Shown piece after piece: positions 1 through 11,998 of a stretch of DNA of 64,000 bases. The notes beneath the pieces are model-generated. The model was not told the DNA's origin, ran no database searches, and was given only the letters and a program-made list of their open reading frames with translations. The DNA comes from Macrostomum hystrix (taxonomy: Eukaryota; Animalia; Platyhelminthes), in the NCBI GenBank assembly GCA_950097015.1, contig CATNEN010000002.1, positions 6,510,001-6,574,000 of the forward strand. Reading direction: 5' to 3'. Made by a program: the position numbers and the translations under genes. Every line of letters begins with the position of its first letter. Positions within the stretch are counted from its first letter, which is position 1.

Positions 1-11
1 GTGCTTGTGGC

Positions 12-638
12 ATGAAACTCCAAGAGTTGCTCAACGACATTTCAAAGATTCCAGAGTGCGCATTCACAACACGAGAGGCCCTCAGAGCGCTGGCTTTGCT
101 CAAGTTCGGCGATAGAGAAGCGGCCACGAGAGTCCTAGACGAGTACAGGGGACACGGAGTTAGCTGGGGAATATTGTGGCCGTCCGCAAGGTTGGCGTCA
201 GAGGCCAGCATGGGAATTGTGCGCGAGCATCTGCAATTCAACGACTCAACTTGGAAGTTCTGCTTCAATTTTTCCAATCGACCAAACTTCTGCAACGTGC
301 CAGCATCCATAGCTGGATTTTTTCCAATCGAAGTAATAGCTTGCAAAAACTTATTTTACATTAACTTTCATGCATTGTTGTGGGCCTTGCGGTTCGAGCT
401 GCAGACAGAAAGTCCAACGACTTTGCTAGCCTGGATTGAAGGCGTCGCGAACGACACTCACCCTGATGCACAGGAACTGCTTGTTGCTGCCCTGAACTCT
501 AGGAATGCCAGGCACGCTCGCATTATTCTAGATAGGCAGAGAGATGTACCAACGAGAGTGCTCAGCCGCTTCATCCGAATTCTGAGAGAGTACCGGAAAG
601 ATTGGCGCCTACCGCCATCGCTCAACTCGCAATTCTGA
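12..638 (+). CDS. Unassigned 208-aa ORF, possibly the last exon of a gene entering from the left
   Basis: Frame is open back to the window edge, ends at TGA 636-638 and is followed by AT-rich sequence. No motif recognised. Confidence 0.4.
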   Translation: MKLQELLNDISKIPECAFTTREALRALALLKFGDREAATRVLDEYRGHGVSWGILWPSARLASEASMGIVREHLQFNDSTWKFCFNFSNRPNFCNVPASIAGFFPIEVIACKNLFYINFHALLWALRFELQTESPTTLLAWIEGVANDTHPDAQELLVAALNSRNARHARIILDRQRDVPTRVLSRFIRILREYRKDWRLPPSLNSQF

Positions 639-1367
639 GGTCAAATTTCAACGTTAAACTTGAACCATTTGCTTTTTTTAAATGGCATGGTGTAAAAGTA
701 CAAGATCTATTCCTCTCATGTTTAAACATTATCTACTTATGTTTAGCACAAGTTTAACAATTCTCTCAAGCGCAGAAACAACCTAAAATAAGCAGTTTAA
801 GAGTCAGTTTATCATTTCATCAAATTAGCTTTACTCTGAGGATTAAAAAGCCTTCAGCTGCTGTCGGCTGCACACCTGGCTTAATTACAAATTACAAATT
901 TTTATAAAGGAAACATTAACTGGCACTGCAAAAGCACAGACCATACAAAATGTTTCCTTTTGTTCTGCTTTTCTGAGTCCTAGGTACGTGCTACTAAAGC
1001 GATGACAACAATGAGAAAAAGCAAATGGAACAGCACCTTATACACATGAATGAACATTATTGTTCTATTCAACCATCTCTCTTGTTTACGGGCTGCCGTA
1101 CGCTATGTACACATCTCTTGCTGCAGGAAATCTGCTTTCGTGCAGTTAAGAGCCTCTCACTTACCTTTTTCAAGTACGCTCTACCGTTTCTAGCCCGTTT
1201 ACAGTAGTTTAATGGAGGGACGAGAAGTGGTCGTTGCGAGGAATAACAAAGCATACGACTGTATAACTAAAATTCTGTTTCAAGTCTTACAAATACCTTT
1301 TTACTCGGATTTTTAGAAACACTACTCAAAGTAGAATGGTTAAGGACTATTTCTATTTAAACGCGTC

Positions 1368-1690
1368 GGGGCTGAGTAGCATTGTGGTCTAACGCGTTTG
1401 CCTTTCTCGCCAAGGTCCCTGAGCTCGATTCCGCGACGAGGGCGAGGCCACATTAATTTGGGGGCTTGTCGTGCAATTTACGCCATTGAGGGGCCAACCC
1501 CAAGGCGAAGTGAGAGTGTACACTGCCTGCCTGTGTACGGTATCCGTAGGCGTGTGTGCTTAAGAGTCAGCGAAATGGGCACCATTGCCTCCTCGCTGGC
1601 TGCGGGTCTAGTGCTGCCAAATGATGTGCCATTGCCCGCCGCCCTCCTGCAGTTTAATATTACTTTATTACTTTACTTTATTATTATAAA
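1368..1690 (+). mobile_element. tRNA-derived SINE family A, copy 1
   Basis: A-box-like TAGCATTGTGGTCTAACGCG and B-box-like GAGCTCGATTCC, a body shared with five other copies in the window, and a (TTA)-rich tail. Confidence 0.8.
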
Positions 1691-2825
1691 AAAAATAATA
1701 CATAAGTTTATGGCTCATTCAAATCGCAATTAAAATTGTCTTGGACACTCCATTGTTTATTATTTTTTATGAACATTCATTTTAAAATTCAAAAATTGTT
1801 CTTTAAATCAATTGATGGCAAGTGCTGAATGAGTATTTAGGTCACTATTTGACACTAAGTAACAATTGGTTGTACACAGCCTCATTTATCTATTGAATGA
1901 CTAGTGTTTTATTATATGCTTGCAAGCAGGAAAAAGTGAATACTAAGATAGTAGTTGATCCGACCAGTACCGAATGGGTCCAAGATCAGTTTTATGGCTT
2001 CCATGGTTGCAGATCGTTAAGCAAAAAAATACAGTGTCGTTACTGCTCAAAAAACGTTACAATACTTTTTGCAGGAGTAGTAATTATTTTGTTTGAATTC
2101 TCATAGTAACGGTGCGACATATCGTCCGCTTCAGTTGAGCAACATTCGAAATCGGTGAAGAGTCGCTTGAGATTGTCATGGTGACGACAATCAATTATAC
2201 TCCCAATTCAATTATACTTCATGCATACTGACTCCCAGTACACCAGGTTTAGAAAACTCAACATTAATCTTCAGCTAGAAAAAATCTTTGTGTTCATTTG
2301 CGAATCGTTCGCCAAGCTCTGCACCGTCCCCACCTCCGATGCACCGTAGCGCCAAATCGAAAAAAAGGTTTTCGACCTGCTGCCCCGCTGCACCCTTAGT
2401 TACCGAGTGATTTTTCTAAATCGGTGCGTTCGGTGCGCTGCTAAAGAACGGACAATATCCCGGAACTGATGCAGGAAGACGGAAGAACCTGCTAACGGTT
2501 CGTTCGCTAAGCCCAGCTAAGCGGACAAACATGTCTAGCTGGCCCTTGGTAGAGGAGGCAATTCCATTCTAGAGGTCGTTTCGTGTTGCGGTGCATCTCG
2601 CAAAGAGCTGCGCTGATTCGTAGAGACCGTAGCAGGAAATCCTTGTCTTACCGATGCCGAATGGATCAGATGGTGCGAGGATTCCCCCGCCTGTTCTACC
2701 TGGCAGTAAAAACAAGATGAAGGATTCCACCCACCCCGCCACAGCCTCCAGAATGTGAACTCTAAGGCTAAGGTGCAAAACAGAGCGATGGCTCATTGCT
2801 AAGAGTTCGTAAACAACTGCGGGCC

Positions 2826-2833
2826 TATAAATA
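2826..2833 (+). promoter_or_regulatory. TATA box of the P450 gene
   Basis: TATAAATA about 85 nt upstream of ATG 2911. Confidence 0.5.
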
Positions 2834-2910
2834 CGGCATCGCTGAAGGCCCATCCGGCATCACATCTCCAAGGAGCTCAGACTGCACAGCAAGACATTGA
2901 CAAGCACAGC

Positions 2911-4499
2911 ATGAACTTCCTCAAGGATTCGATCTTCGGCAAGCCCGCCGAGCCGGAGAAGCTCAAGAAGAAGATCCCCGGCCCCGGACTACCGCTCTTG
3001 GGCGACCTGCCGACCGCCACCAAGTGGGCGCTGGCGCATCCGGACAAGCTGCCGATGCACCGCACCCTGGAGCTCCACGCACAGTTCGGCCCGGTCTACT
3101 CTTTTGGCGTTGGCTCGGCCACCTTCGTCATCGTCGGCGACCCGGCACTGTTTCGCCAGATGCTGACCCACGAGGACTTTCAGGAGCACATCAGCCTGCC
3201 GTTTCTCAAGACCTTCGGCGCCAGTAAAGGAATCTTCATGGCCGACTACGAGCGCTGGAAGGTGCATAGAAGGTTCAGCCACCGAGTTCTCCGCGACTTG
3301 GGCTTCGGCAAGGTTTGGATGCAGGTGAGAGAGAACAGGTGGACATTCGCGCAGGTCAATATTGTTGATTTGAGCTTTGTGGATAAGATTCTCAATTTGC
3401 TCATTTACTCACTCAGGGAAACATCCGGTGCGAAGCTGGCCATCTGGTAGACGATCTCCGGCTGCGCTGCTCTGAGCCGGTGGAGACGCGTGCCGCAATG
3501 TCCCGCGCGGTGTCGAATGTCATCAACCAGTTGGTGTTCGGCAAACGATTCGACTACAAGGATGTGGAGTTTGCCAGGCAGCTGGAAAATGCCCGCATGG
3601 TCACCAATATCAGCCTGACACTCGTGTTCTTCCCGATGATGTTTCCTTGGCTGGAGGGCCATCCGGATCTCATGAAGGCCCTGCCTGGATCCGCCAGCTT
3701 CGCCCAGGGCTACGCTTTTGTCAAGGCTTTCTGCAAGCGCGAAATCACATGGCACAAGGAGAAGATCGACTTCAACAACAATGAAATGGCCGACCAGCCT
3801 GACGACTTCATCGCCGCTTTCCTCCGCGAACAGGCTCGTCAGGACCCGGATTCAGAGCACTACTTCACTGACGATGACCTCTGCGACATTATCGCCGATT
3901 TCTTCGTAGCCGGCACCGACACGACCGCCGTGGCGCTGACCTGGGCCGCCCTGTTGCTGGCCATGCACCAGGACGTGCAGGACCGAGTCCGCTCCGAGCT
4001 CTTCCACCTTGGCGGCGGCATCCTGGAGAATCAGGCCAGCCTGCACTACACCCGCGCCTTCTGGGACGAGGTGCTGCGCTACTGCATGCTGGTGCCCCTG
4101 AACATGCGCCACTCGATCCGGGACACCAGCATCGGCGGCTACCGCATCCCGGCCGACACGGTCGTCGGCGCCAACGCCTATGCGGTTTCGCGCAACCCGG
4201 AGCTCTTCCCCGAGCCGGAAGTGTTTCGGCCCGATCGCTTCCTGGACGCCGAGGGCAGCTACTCGCGCAGTCCGGCCATGGAGGGCCTGGTGTTCGGCAC
4301 TGGCAAGCGGGGCTGCATGGGCGAGAGCCTGGCCCGCATGGAGATGCTGATCTTCCTGGCCAGCCTGGTGCAGAACTTCCAGCTGGAGCTGCCAGAGATG
4401 GAGCGACCTCGTCTCGTGGAAATCATCGTCGGCGAAGATGGCGCTGTCCATCAGCCGAAACAGCACCGCATCCTGTTCACCGAGCTGCACAGGGACTGA
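2911..4499 (+). CDS. Cytochrome P450, CYP2 clan (exons 2911-3324 and 3417-4499; 498 aa)
   Basis: Motifs PGP, WxxxR (WKVHR), AGTDTT, EVLR (ExxR), PDRF and heme FGTGKRGCMG. A phase-0 GT..AG intron at 3325-3416 joins the two ORFs in frame. Confidence 0.93.
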
Positions 4500-5039
4500 A
4501 GCTCGACAATGACCCTCCTGAACTTGTGCGTACACAGCCAGTCTGCTTTGCGAGCTGTACATCCTACATGATAGTTCTTTTTAGCTTTCTGTTGCGCTTT
4601 TTCTGTAAATATGTACATTTACCGTACATTATCAGTACATTGTTCGACCCTATCCCTAAGAAATAAAGGTAGATTCCCCAAAAAAGTCACGACAATACCT
4701 GCTGTGTTACATTGCGATTCATGCGTTCGTGTCTAAAAAAGAACTTTTTATTGGAAAATTTAGCAACAAAAACAGGCTTTTTGTCGTCCTTTTTACAATA
4801 ATAATTTTCCTAGTCAAATTTTTTGATTTCTTAAATTCTGTTTGTGACTCCGGGACTACATAACTAATTAACAGTTTTATTGAACTTCTACTTCTAGCTT
4901 TGGGCTCTAGAGGTAGACAGCTTTTATATCATACCATACGACAAGTACATGCACATGCGATTAGATGTACAATGGAACCAGATACAGTGTAAGTATAAAT
5001 GTTATAAAATGTATCTAAACTGCGTAATTTGTAATAGAT

Positions 5040-5175
5040 TAGGAGGGTTATAGTTTAGGGGTTAGAGCGTTTGACTCACGTCAGGGGTTCGATTTTCCCA
5101 CTCCACTTCCGAACAGCTGGAACAGTTTGTGTCCATTAGAAAGATATTTAACTCTGTACGTATTGTTTCAGTTCA
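5040..5175 (+). mobile_element. Degenerate SINE family B fragment
   Basis: tRNA-like head (GGGGTTAGAGCG..GGTTCGATT) followed by TTTGTGTCC..AAGATATTTAACTCTG, which matches the better copy at 54335-54615. Confidence 0.55.
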
Positions 5176-6407
5176 GCTAGCTGTATAGTGAGGCTGTTAA
5201 AATTCACTACGTTGAATTACGCTTTCATAGTCAAAATTTCACTAATCCAAAACTTGACGTCGAATCACACAGCAGAGATATGTGACTTCACAACATCACA
5301 AAGTCTCCTATTTTTGCAATGCAATTCGACGTTCTGAAATTTCGGCGCTCTGTTATTTCGGCGTTGGGAAATTTCGGGCCTGTATAGTATATGGTGATGA
5401 TCTTTTGAATTTTTGCGTAGTGAAATTTCTGTTTTTTTCGAAAGCTCCGTTCCCTCAGGCTCGTATTTTTGCATGCTTAATTACAAACCGAATGTCTGTT
5501 ATAGCCTTTATTTGTCGCATCTTATTTATCTATATATATTTTCATTTTTAATAATCCTCACACCAACTCATGATCTCAGTGCTGTATACTTCATAAATTT
5601 TTTATGGCACAAAGTCCTTGACCCATCCATGCCTGAGTGTACGGGTCGACGTCAAACGGAAATGCTCAGTGCCTTGTCGACGTCAAAGACCTCGAATTGC
5701 TAAGCATATAAGCAATAGTAGAAAAAAACTGATTTAGAAGTGTTTAGCGGGTTTAGAAAGTATGTTCTAAAAGCCTTTGTTTCAATGAATTATTTAGTAG
5801 CCTTTGTTGTTTATTTAAGTTTTAAGTTTTTTACTGCTAATTAAACTCTGGTTTCTCTTCATTCCACGCTTAAATCTTTCGTCTTTTACTAAAGTTTTTT
5901 ACTGCTGTGTTCTATGTTTTACAGTTGCCGGATTCCTAAAAATGTAGAATGAGATACTACTTTAAAGACAAATACTTAAGACAGAGAAATAATTTTGCGC
6001 ATTTTCCTATTGCTTATTGCGTGTCACATTAAACCGTTACATACTTTATTGCATAGACATTTTAAACAAAAAATGTCGCTCTTTAGATGTAAATGCAGTT
6101 AGAGAAAGAAATAACTACAAAAATAACATTTTCTTGTGTCGAGTTTGAAGATAAGCTATTTTTAGTAAAGAATACACAATAATTTCAACTTTCTAGTTTG
6201 GTTTATTTATTTTTTTATAACCAAAAAGACTAATCATTATAGGAAAACTTTAAACCGAAGAAATCGTAGTTCTTGAGTTTTATTGTTACAAGCTACTTTC
6301 GAGCTAAGCCATATTCTCAGTTATAAAAGCATCATTTGTTTCTCTGGGAGTATTTTTAGTTGCAGTTCTGTATTTCGCGCCAATTTCTTCGCTTTGTCTT
6401 CTGCACA

Positions 6408-9400
6408 ATGTATGCAAAGGGCAAAGCGAATAGTGTTCCATCAGATGCCCAAGCTCAAGAGAAGTAAGTGAATATTTAAGCTGTGTGATAATTAGAAACA
6501 TTTTCCCCTTTAAATAAAAATTTTCTGACTGCTAACATTTTACACTTTGCGCTAAAAGCATTGCTTGCAATATTTTTTACAAGAATAGAACAAAAACTTG
6601 ATTTATATATATTATGTTTATGATAAGAGAATATAACATGATATGATCTATATATATTTATATTGCATAGATATTAATTTTAGCAGACAGTTGTTTATTT
6701 TTTGTTAAAAATTTGCAATATCTTTGGCCTTTTTCAATATTTTCAATTATTCAGGACTGAGTTGAGTTTCTTCATAAATGGCAGAGCAGCATGTGTCGTT
6801 TCGTTCGTTAAATTATTTTGACAACAGATTTAAATTTGTGGGCACAAAATATGATTTTTGCAGCAATTTATAACTTTTTCAGACTGATATACAAGTATTT
6901 AATCTGTTAGAAGTATTTTTAATAGTTTCTTGTCAATATTTTGTCCATATTGCCTCATCGTATTTGAAATAATTCTCGCAAACATGAAACTTGTAGTTTT
7001 GAAAATCATGCTATACATATTTTCTCGTTTTATACTTGGTTTCTTTTTTCGTAGTAATTAAAAAATACGCATACAAATACCATAGTGTTATTGTAATATT
7101 TAATATTCTAACAATCAACCTGGCATTTGTTCTTGTTACATTTGTTATTCCCACTTGTTATTCATTACAAAAATTACTTGCAGTTTCGTTTTCTATAAAG
7201 AAAATAATTTTACGAATGAAACGACACATATGCCGGCAGAGCTTATTCCCATGGTCCCATGCTGATAATTTCAATTTTATCCACAAATTTCCATGCCAAT
7301 AATTTTCTGCTTATCCACACAGCAGCTTGTATGAATACAGAATAGGTCTACAACTCTTTATATATATGCCGTGCTGTTAATTTCAATTTTATCCACACAG
7401 AGGCGTGCCATTAATTTTTTGCTTATCCACATGGCAGCTTGTATGAATAGGTCTAAAACTCTTTATATAAATATGCCATGCCGTTAATTTCAATTTTATC
7501 CACACAGTTATGTTCTTGGAAATGAGGCCTTTTCAGGTTTGAATGTTTTGTTGAACCCTTGAGCCAATAGATTGACAAAGTTGCCTGTGTGTTACGACAG
7601 TGTTCTACATTTCAACCTACACATTCATTAACCAACATTAATTTCATCCTTTTCAATTATTCTAAATAACAACTTACTAAATATTTTGTCATCGTTACGT
7701 GTTTTCATTTGAATTGTATTGACTTAAAAAGTAAGAAGTCTATCAAAGAAAATCACACAAGTCAACTAGCAGAATTCTAGTCAGCACCAAACTCGTCACA
7801 CACATCATACATACATGCGCAACCTCCCAAATCTTAGCCGGCCTTGCGACTTAGTTTTTGCTCTCATTTGCGACTTAGTTCGTTTCATTGCTCTATTTAC
7901 GACTTAGTTTGCTCTCATTTGCTCTCTTTTTCTCTCCCCTTTTTCCTTTTCTTCACGCCTTCCTTTTTTGTCCCTTGGTCCCCCCTTTGATTTTTTGGCG
8001 CTTGGTCGATTGGTTTTTGCGACTTACCTTGCTTGGCCCTCGTTTCACCCGGCCGGTTCGGCCGGGTCGGCCGGGTGTTGCGCATGTATGCACATCATAC
8101 ATCATTGTTATTATTTTACACTATGCATTGATAGTGTACACTATACACTATACTTTGAAGCAAAAGCCTTATGCTCAGAGAAGAATAGGTAGGGACTTAA
8201 AAGTAGACCTATTCATACAAGCTGCCATGTGGACACGGATCTGTGAGGATAAAATTGTAATTATTTGGCACAGGACTGTGGGAATAAGCACTTCCTTCAT
8301 AAATCACCTTATTGGAAAAAGTTAAAACATCTGGTGTGCCTTTTGGATTTTTCTATAGTATAGCGTGAGCACTTTTCTTACTTAACTGCTACTTGAAAAG
8401 ACTGAGTAGTCAGCAGAAAGAGGCATGGACTGGTCATGAAGACTGACACAAACAGCTGAACACAATTGAAAATGTTAAAAAAATTGACATCAGTAGGCCT
8501 GCCACCTATGGCACAAACGGCGCACCTTCTTGACCATGGGGTGGCGCTAAGGCTCAAGAGCACCTTTCTTAATCCTTCTTAATTGTAAAGTGTGGGTCCA
8601 TGGTTTTTCAACATATTTTCCAATAGGGATAAATTACAAACTTAAATTTAATAGTATTTTATTCTTTATAACAAAACTTTTAAATATATACTCTTAAACT
8701 AAGACTTTATGAATTAAGCTATTATTTACTGGCAATTTCACATGTATTATCTTGTACTATTGTATTTGTACTAGGGCTATTTTATAATGTTTAATATCCT
8801 ACTGAATGCCACCAAAGTTGTGCTAGGGGTAATTAGATAATATAGGCCTATAAGAAAATCCTACTGCTGTTACCAATGTTGTCCTAGTGCTAATTACTAT
8901 TCTAACTTTACTTTCACAATGTTGTTGTATTTATTTTTGTTAATATTCTACTAAAATGTTTTTATATAGGTATTTAATATAATATTGAAAGTAATACTTG
9001 TAGTACAGATCCCAAATAATACTTGTACATGAATCGTTTTCATGTGTCATATGCTTACACTTAGTAATAATAAGATTAAGGAAAGCATCTTAACACAGCT
9101 AGTCTTAATTGTTAGAATAATTTATGGTAGTCCTGGTAGATAAAAAATTACATAAATTAATTAATTATATCAAAGACATTACTAAAATGCAACCTAATGT
9201 TATCTTCTCATTTGTTGTTTACAATGCATAACTTGAAATGTTTTTAATTGCAAAAACATATAAACATACAATTGTAGGCTAGCCCTGTATGTGTATGAGT
9301 ATCTGGTACACATTGGCGCACCCAAGGCTGCTCAATCGTTTCTGTCTGAGATTCGTTGGGAGAAGAATATCACATTGGGCGAGCCGCCCGGCTTCCTCTG

Positions 9401-11998
9401 CTCATGGTGGTGGTAAGTATTGAAACTTATCTTTTTAGAATCTGGATTGTCTGAGAAACGCTCTTGATAAAACAATGAACTGCTCATTAGTCTTGCTAAA
9501 GAACCATATTATTTTTGTCTGAATTGTCTGAATAACTCCCTGAAGAAGCAGTGGATTGTCTTAATAACTCCCTGACGAACCAGAGGATTGTCTGAATAAC
9601 TAACTCCCTGAAAAACCAGAGGATTGACTGAATAAATCCCTGAAGAACCAGAGGATTGTCTGAATAACTCCTTGAAGAAGCAGTGGATTGTCTTAATAAC
9701 TCCCTGACGAACCAGAGGATTGTCTGAATAACTAAATCCCTGAAGAACCAGAGGATTGACTGAATAAATCCCTGAAGAACCAGAGGATTGACTGAATAAC
9801 TCCTTGAAGAAGCAGTGGATTGTCTAAATAACTCCCTGAAGAACCAGAGGATTGTCTGAATAACTCCCTGAAGAGGATTGTCTGAATAACTCCCTGAAGA
9901 GGATTGTCTGAATAACTTCCTAAAGAACCAGAGGATTGTCTGAATAACTTCCTGAAGAACCAGAGTATTGTCTGAATAACTTCCTAAAGAACCAGAGGAT
10001 TGTCTGAATAACTCCCTGAAGAACCAGAGGATTGTCTGAATAACTCCCTGAAGAACCAGAGGATTGTCTGAATAACTCCCTGAAGAGGATTGTCTGAATA
10101 ACTCCCTGAAGAACCAGAGGATTGTCTGAATAACTCCCTGAAGAGGATTGTCTGAATAACTCCCTGAAGAACCAATTAAATGGAGATGGTGAAACCCCCA
10201 AAGCAACGAAGAAACCAACAAGTATACTTGAGTCTCTATGAAGGTCCAAGATTCGCTGAAGAAAAAAGATTTCATTAGCTAGACTAGTAGAGCACTTTAG
10301 GTATAATAACAGCCAATGCCGGCAACAACCTACTCACCTCCGCTTTGAAATTCCCAGCGTGTTCTGGGATCTGTACAGCGCCGCGCCTGAACGCCGAGAC
10401 ACATGCGAGCATACCAGCGAGGCCAAGGCATTTCACGACTATGTGAGTTTCTTGGCCTACAGTTTTTTTTGCCATTTTCACGACATTAGAGATGAAGCGA
10501 TGGGAAGGAGGGTGACTGGCAGAACGGTTAACGCGTTTACCTTTCCCACCAAGGTCCCTGAGCTCGATTCCGCGTCGAGGCGTCAATAATTTGGGGGTTA
10601 AGAGAGAGCTTGGGGGCTTGTCGTGCAAAAATTACTCCATTGAGGGCCAACCTGGCACTGGCACAGTGAGAGTGTACCAGCCTGACGATGAGAAAGTCAG
10701 AGCAGACTTACACCGTTGTGTGAGAGCGTGCCTGTGTACAGTATCTGTGTGCGTGTGTGCTCAGGAGTCAGCAAAATGGGCAGAATTGCCTCCTCGATCC
10801 TCGTGTCACCAAGTAATGGGCCAGTGACTACCGCCATCCTGCAAATATTATAAATATTGTTATTGAGGGGATTGGAAGATAAAGCGGTAAGACCTCCTTA
10901 ATTTGTGCAATATACTGCCCATAAAAACCACGCGAAGGTACAGTGAGGTTGCACACTGTCGCTTACAGTAGCAGTGCGCACAGACTTTTGTCAAGCTATT
11001 CATTCAGTCACCAGGCATCGCCAACCCTTCTTCGCTCACAGGGCTTTGTAAACACGGGCTACCCGCCCGGCATGCCGCCGCACCCGAATCCCCAGGCTGG
11101 CGGCCCTTCGCCGATGCCTCCGACTGATTTCTTCGCCGGCGGCCCGCCCGGCGGCGGCCCAGGCGGCGGCGGACCAGGCGGAGGTCCCGGCGGCGGTCCG
11201 CCTCCACCGATGGGTCCCGTGGACATCCGCGGCGGCCCCGGGCCAGGCATGCCCCGAGGCGGCGGTCCCGGAGGCGGTCCGCCAGGCCCTGGCGGCGGTC
11301 CCGGCATGTCGCGCCTGCCACCGCCCGGCCCAATGTACCGTTCGGGGCCACGGCCAAGCTGGAACCCGATGGGCCCCGCGCCGCCCAACTCCGGGCCCTA
11401 CTCGGCACCGTCGCCGTCGCCCTACAGCGGCGGCCCGCCGCCCGGTCCTGGCACGCCTGGCGTGATGCCTTCGCCGCAGGATTCCACAGCTAGCGGAGAG
11501 TCCATGTACGGCCCGCCGCCTGGCCGGCAGTTGAACCCGCCGCCTCCTATGGGACATCACGGCGGCCCGCCAGCCTACATGCACGACGGCTCCCAGATGA
11601 TGCCCGGCGACATGCCGCCAGGTGGTCATCTGATGAACGGCGGTGGAGGCGGACCCGGCGCCGGCCCAGTTGGCAGCGGCGGCGCCGGAGGTCCCGGTGG
11701 CGGCGGCGGGCCGTCGAGCAGTCCGCACCCGGGCATGCCGCCAGGTCCAACTCCGGTTAGCGACTATCTGCACTACTCCGAGCCGCACATGCACATGCAA
11801 CAGTCCCAGGCCATGCAGTCCCACCCCAGCATGGGTGGCCCTCCGGGTCCCCCTGGCCCGCCCGGCCCGCCGCCGGATCAGAATGACAGCGCGGCGATAC
11901 TCAAGATCAAGGAATCCATGCAGGAGGAGTCGGAGCGCCTATTCAAGAAGGAGAACCATCCGTCTGGCATGGACCAGGATTATTTTGGTCAGCAGTGA
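6408..11998 (+). CDS. Ssdp: Single-stranded DNA-binding / LisH protein Ssdp (SSBP2/3/4 family); exons 6408-6463, 9278-9412, 10358-10442, 11015-11998; about 419 aa
   Basis: Spliced translation [92 protein letters not shown] is the SSDP N-terminus. It is followed by a Gly/Pro/Met-rich region and [13 protein letters not shown]. Introns are GT-AG with consistent phases. An alternative in-phase acceptor near 11041 is possible. Confidence 0.95.
7255..7510. repeat. About 2.3 copies of a ~110-bp tandem repeat in Ssdp intron 1
   Basis: The block AATTTCAATTTTATCCACA...CTTATCCACA..GCAGCTTGTATGAATA is repeated. Confidence 0.7.
7810..8090. mobile_element. 281-bp MITE with 14-bp TIRs and a 9-bp TSD
   Basis: CATACATGCGCAAC (7810) and GTTGCGCATGTATG (ends 8090), flanked on both sides by CACATCATA (7801-7809, 8091-8099). 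Internal GCGACTTAGTT repeats. Confidence 0.85.
9520..10175. repeat. ~32-bp minisatellite (CTGAATAACTCCCTGAAGAACCAGAGGATTGT) with 24-bp variants, Ssdp intron 2
   Basis: Tandem copies are directly visible. Confidence 0.9.
10510..10865 (+). mobile_element. SINE family A, copy 2 (Ssdp intron 3)
   Basis: AAGGTCCCTGAGCTCGATTCCGCG head, GGGGGCTTGTCGTGCAA, CTGACGATGAGAAAGTCAG hairpin and GAGTCAGCAAAATGGGCAGAATTGCCTCCTCG. Confidence 0.85.

Noticed and set aside
1380-1440. tRNA-like sequences at SINE heads (also ~10515, ~50405, ~54560)
   Set aside because: Only A/B boxes are present, with no complete cloverleaf, and each is followed by a SINE body.
7277-7504. Five same-strand TTATCCACA (bacterial DnaA-box consensus) within 230 bp
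   Set aside because: They arise from a short tandem duplication inside a eukaryotic intron, with no bacterial genes or oriC context nearby.
9496-10275. Minus-strand ORFs of 259, 109 and 63 aa
   Set aside because: Translations of the 32-bp minisatellite in Ssdp intron 2.
10680-10700. CTGACGA-TGA-GAAA in SINE A resembling a hammerhead ribozyme core (CUGANGA..GAAA)
   Set aside because: There is no stem II, no matching stem III or UH cleavage site, and the CTGAC pairs with GTCAG as a plain hairpin.
11004-11824. Overlapping antisense and alternative-frame ORFs over the Ssdp, P450, RRP15 and LINE coding regions
   Set aside because: Expected shadows of GC-rich coding sequence.
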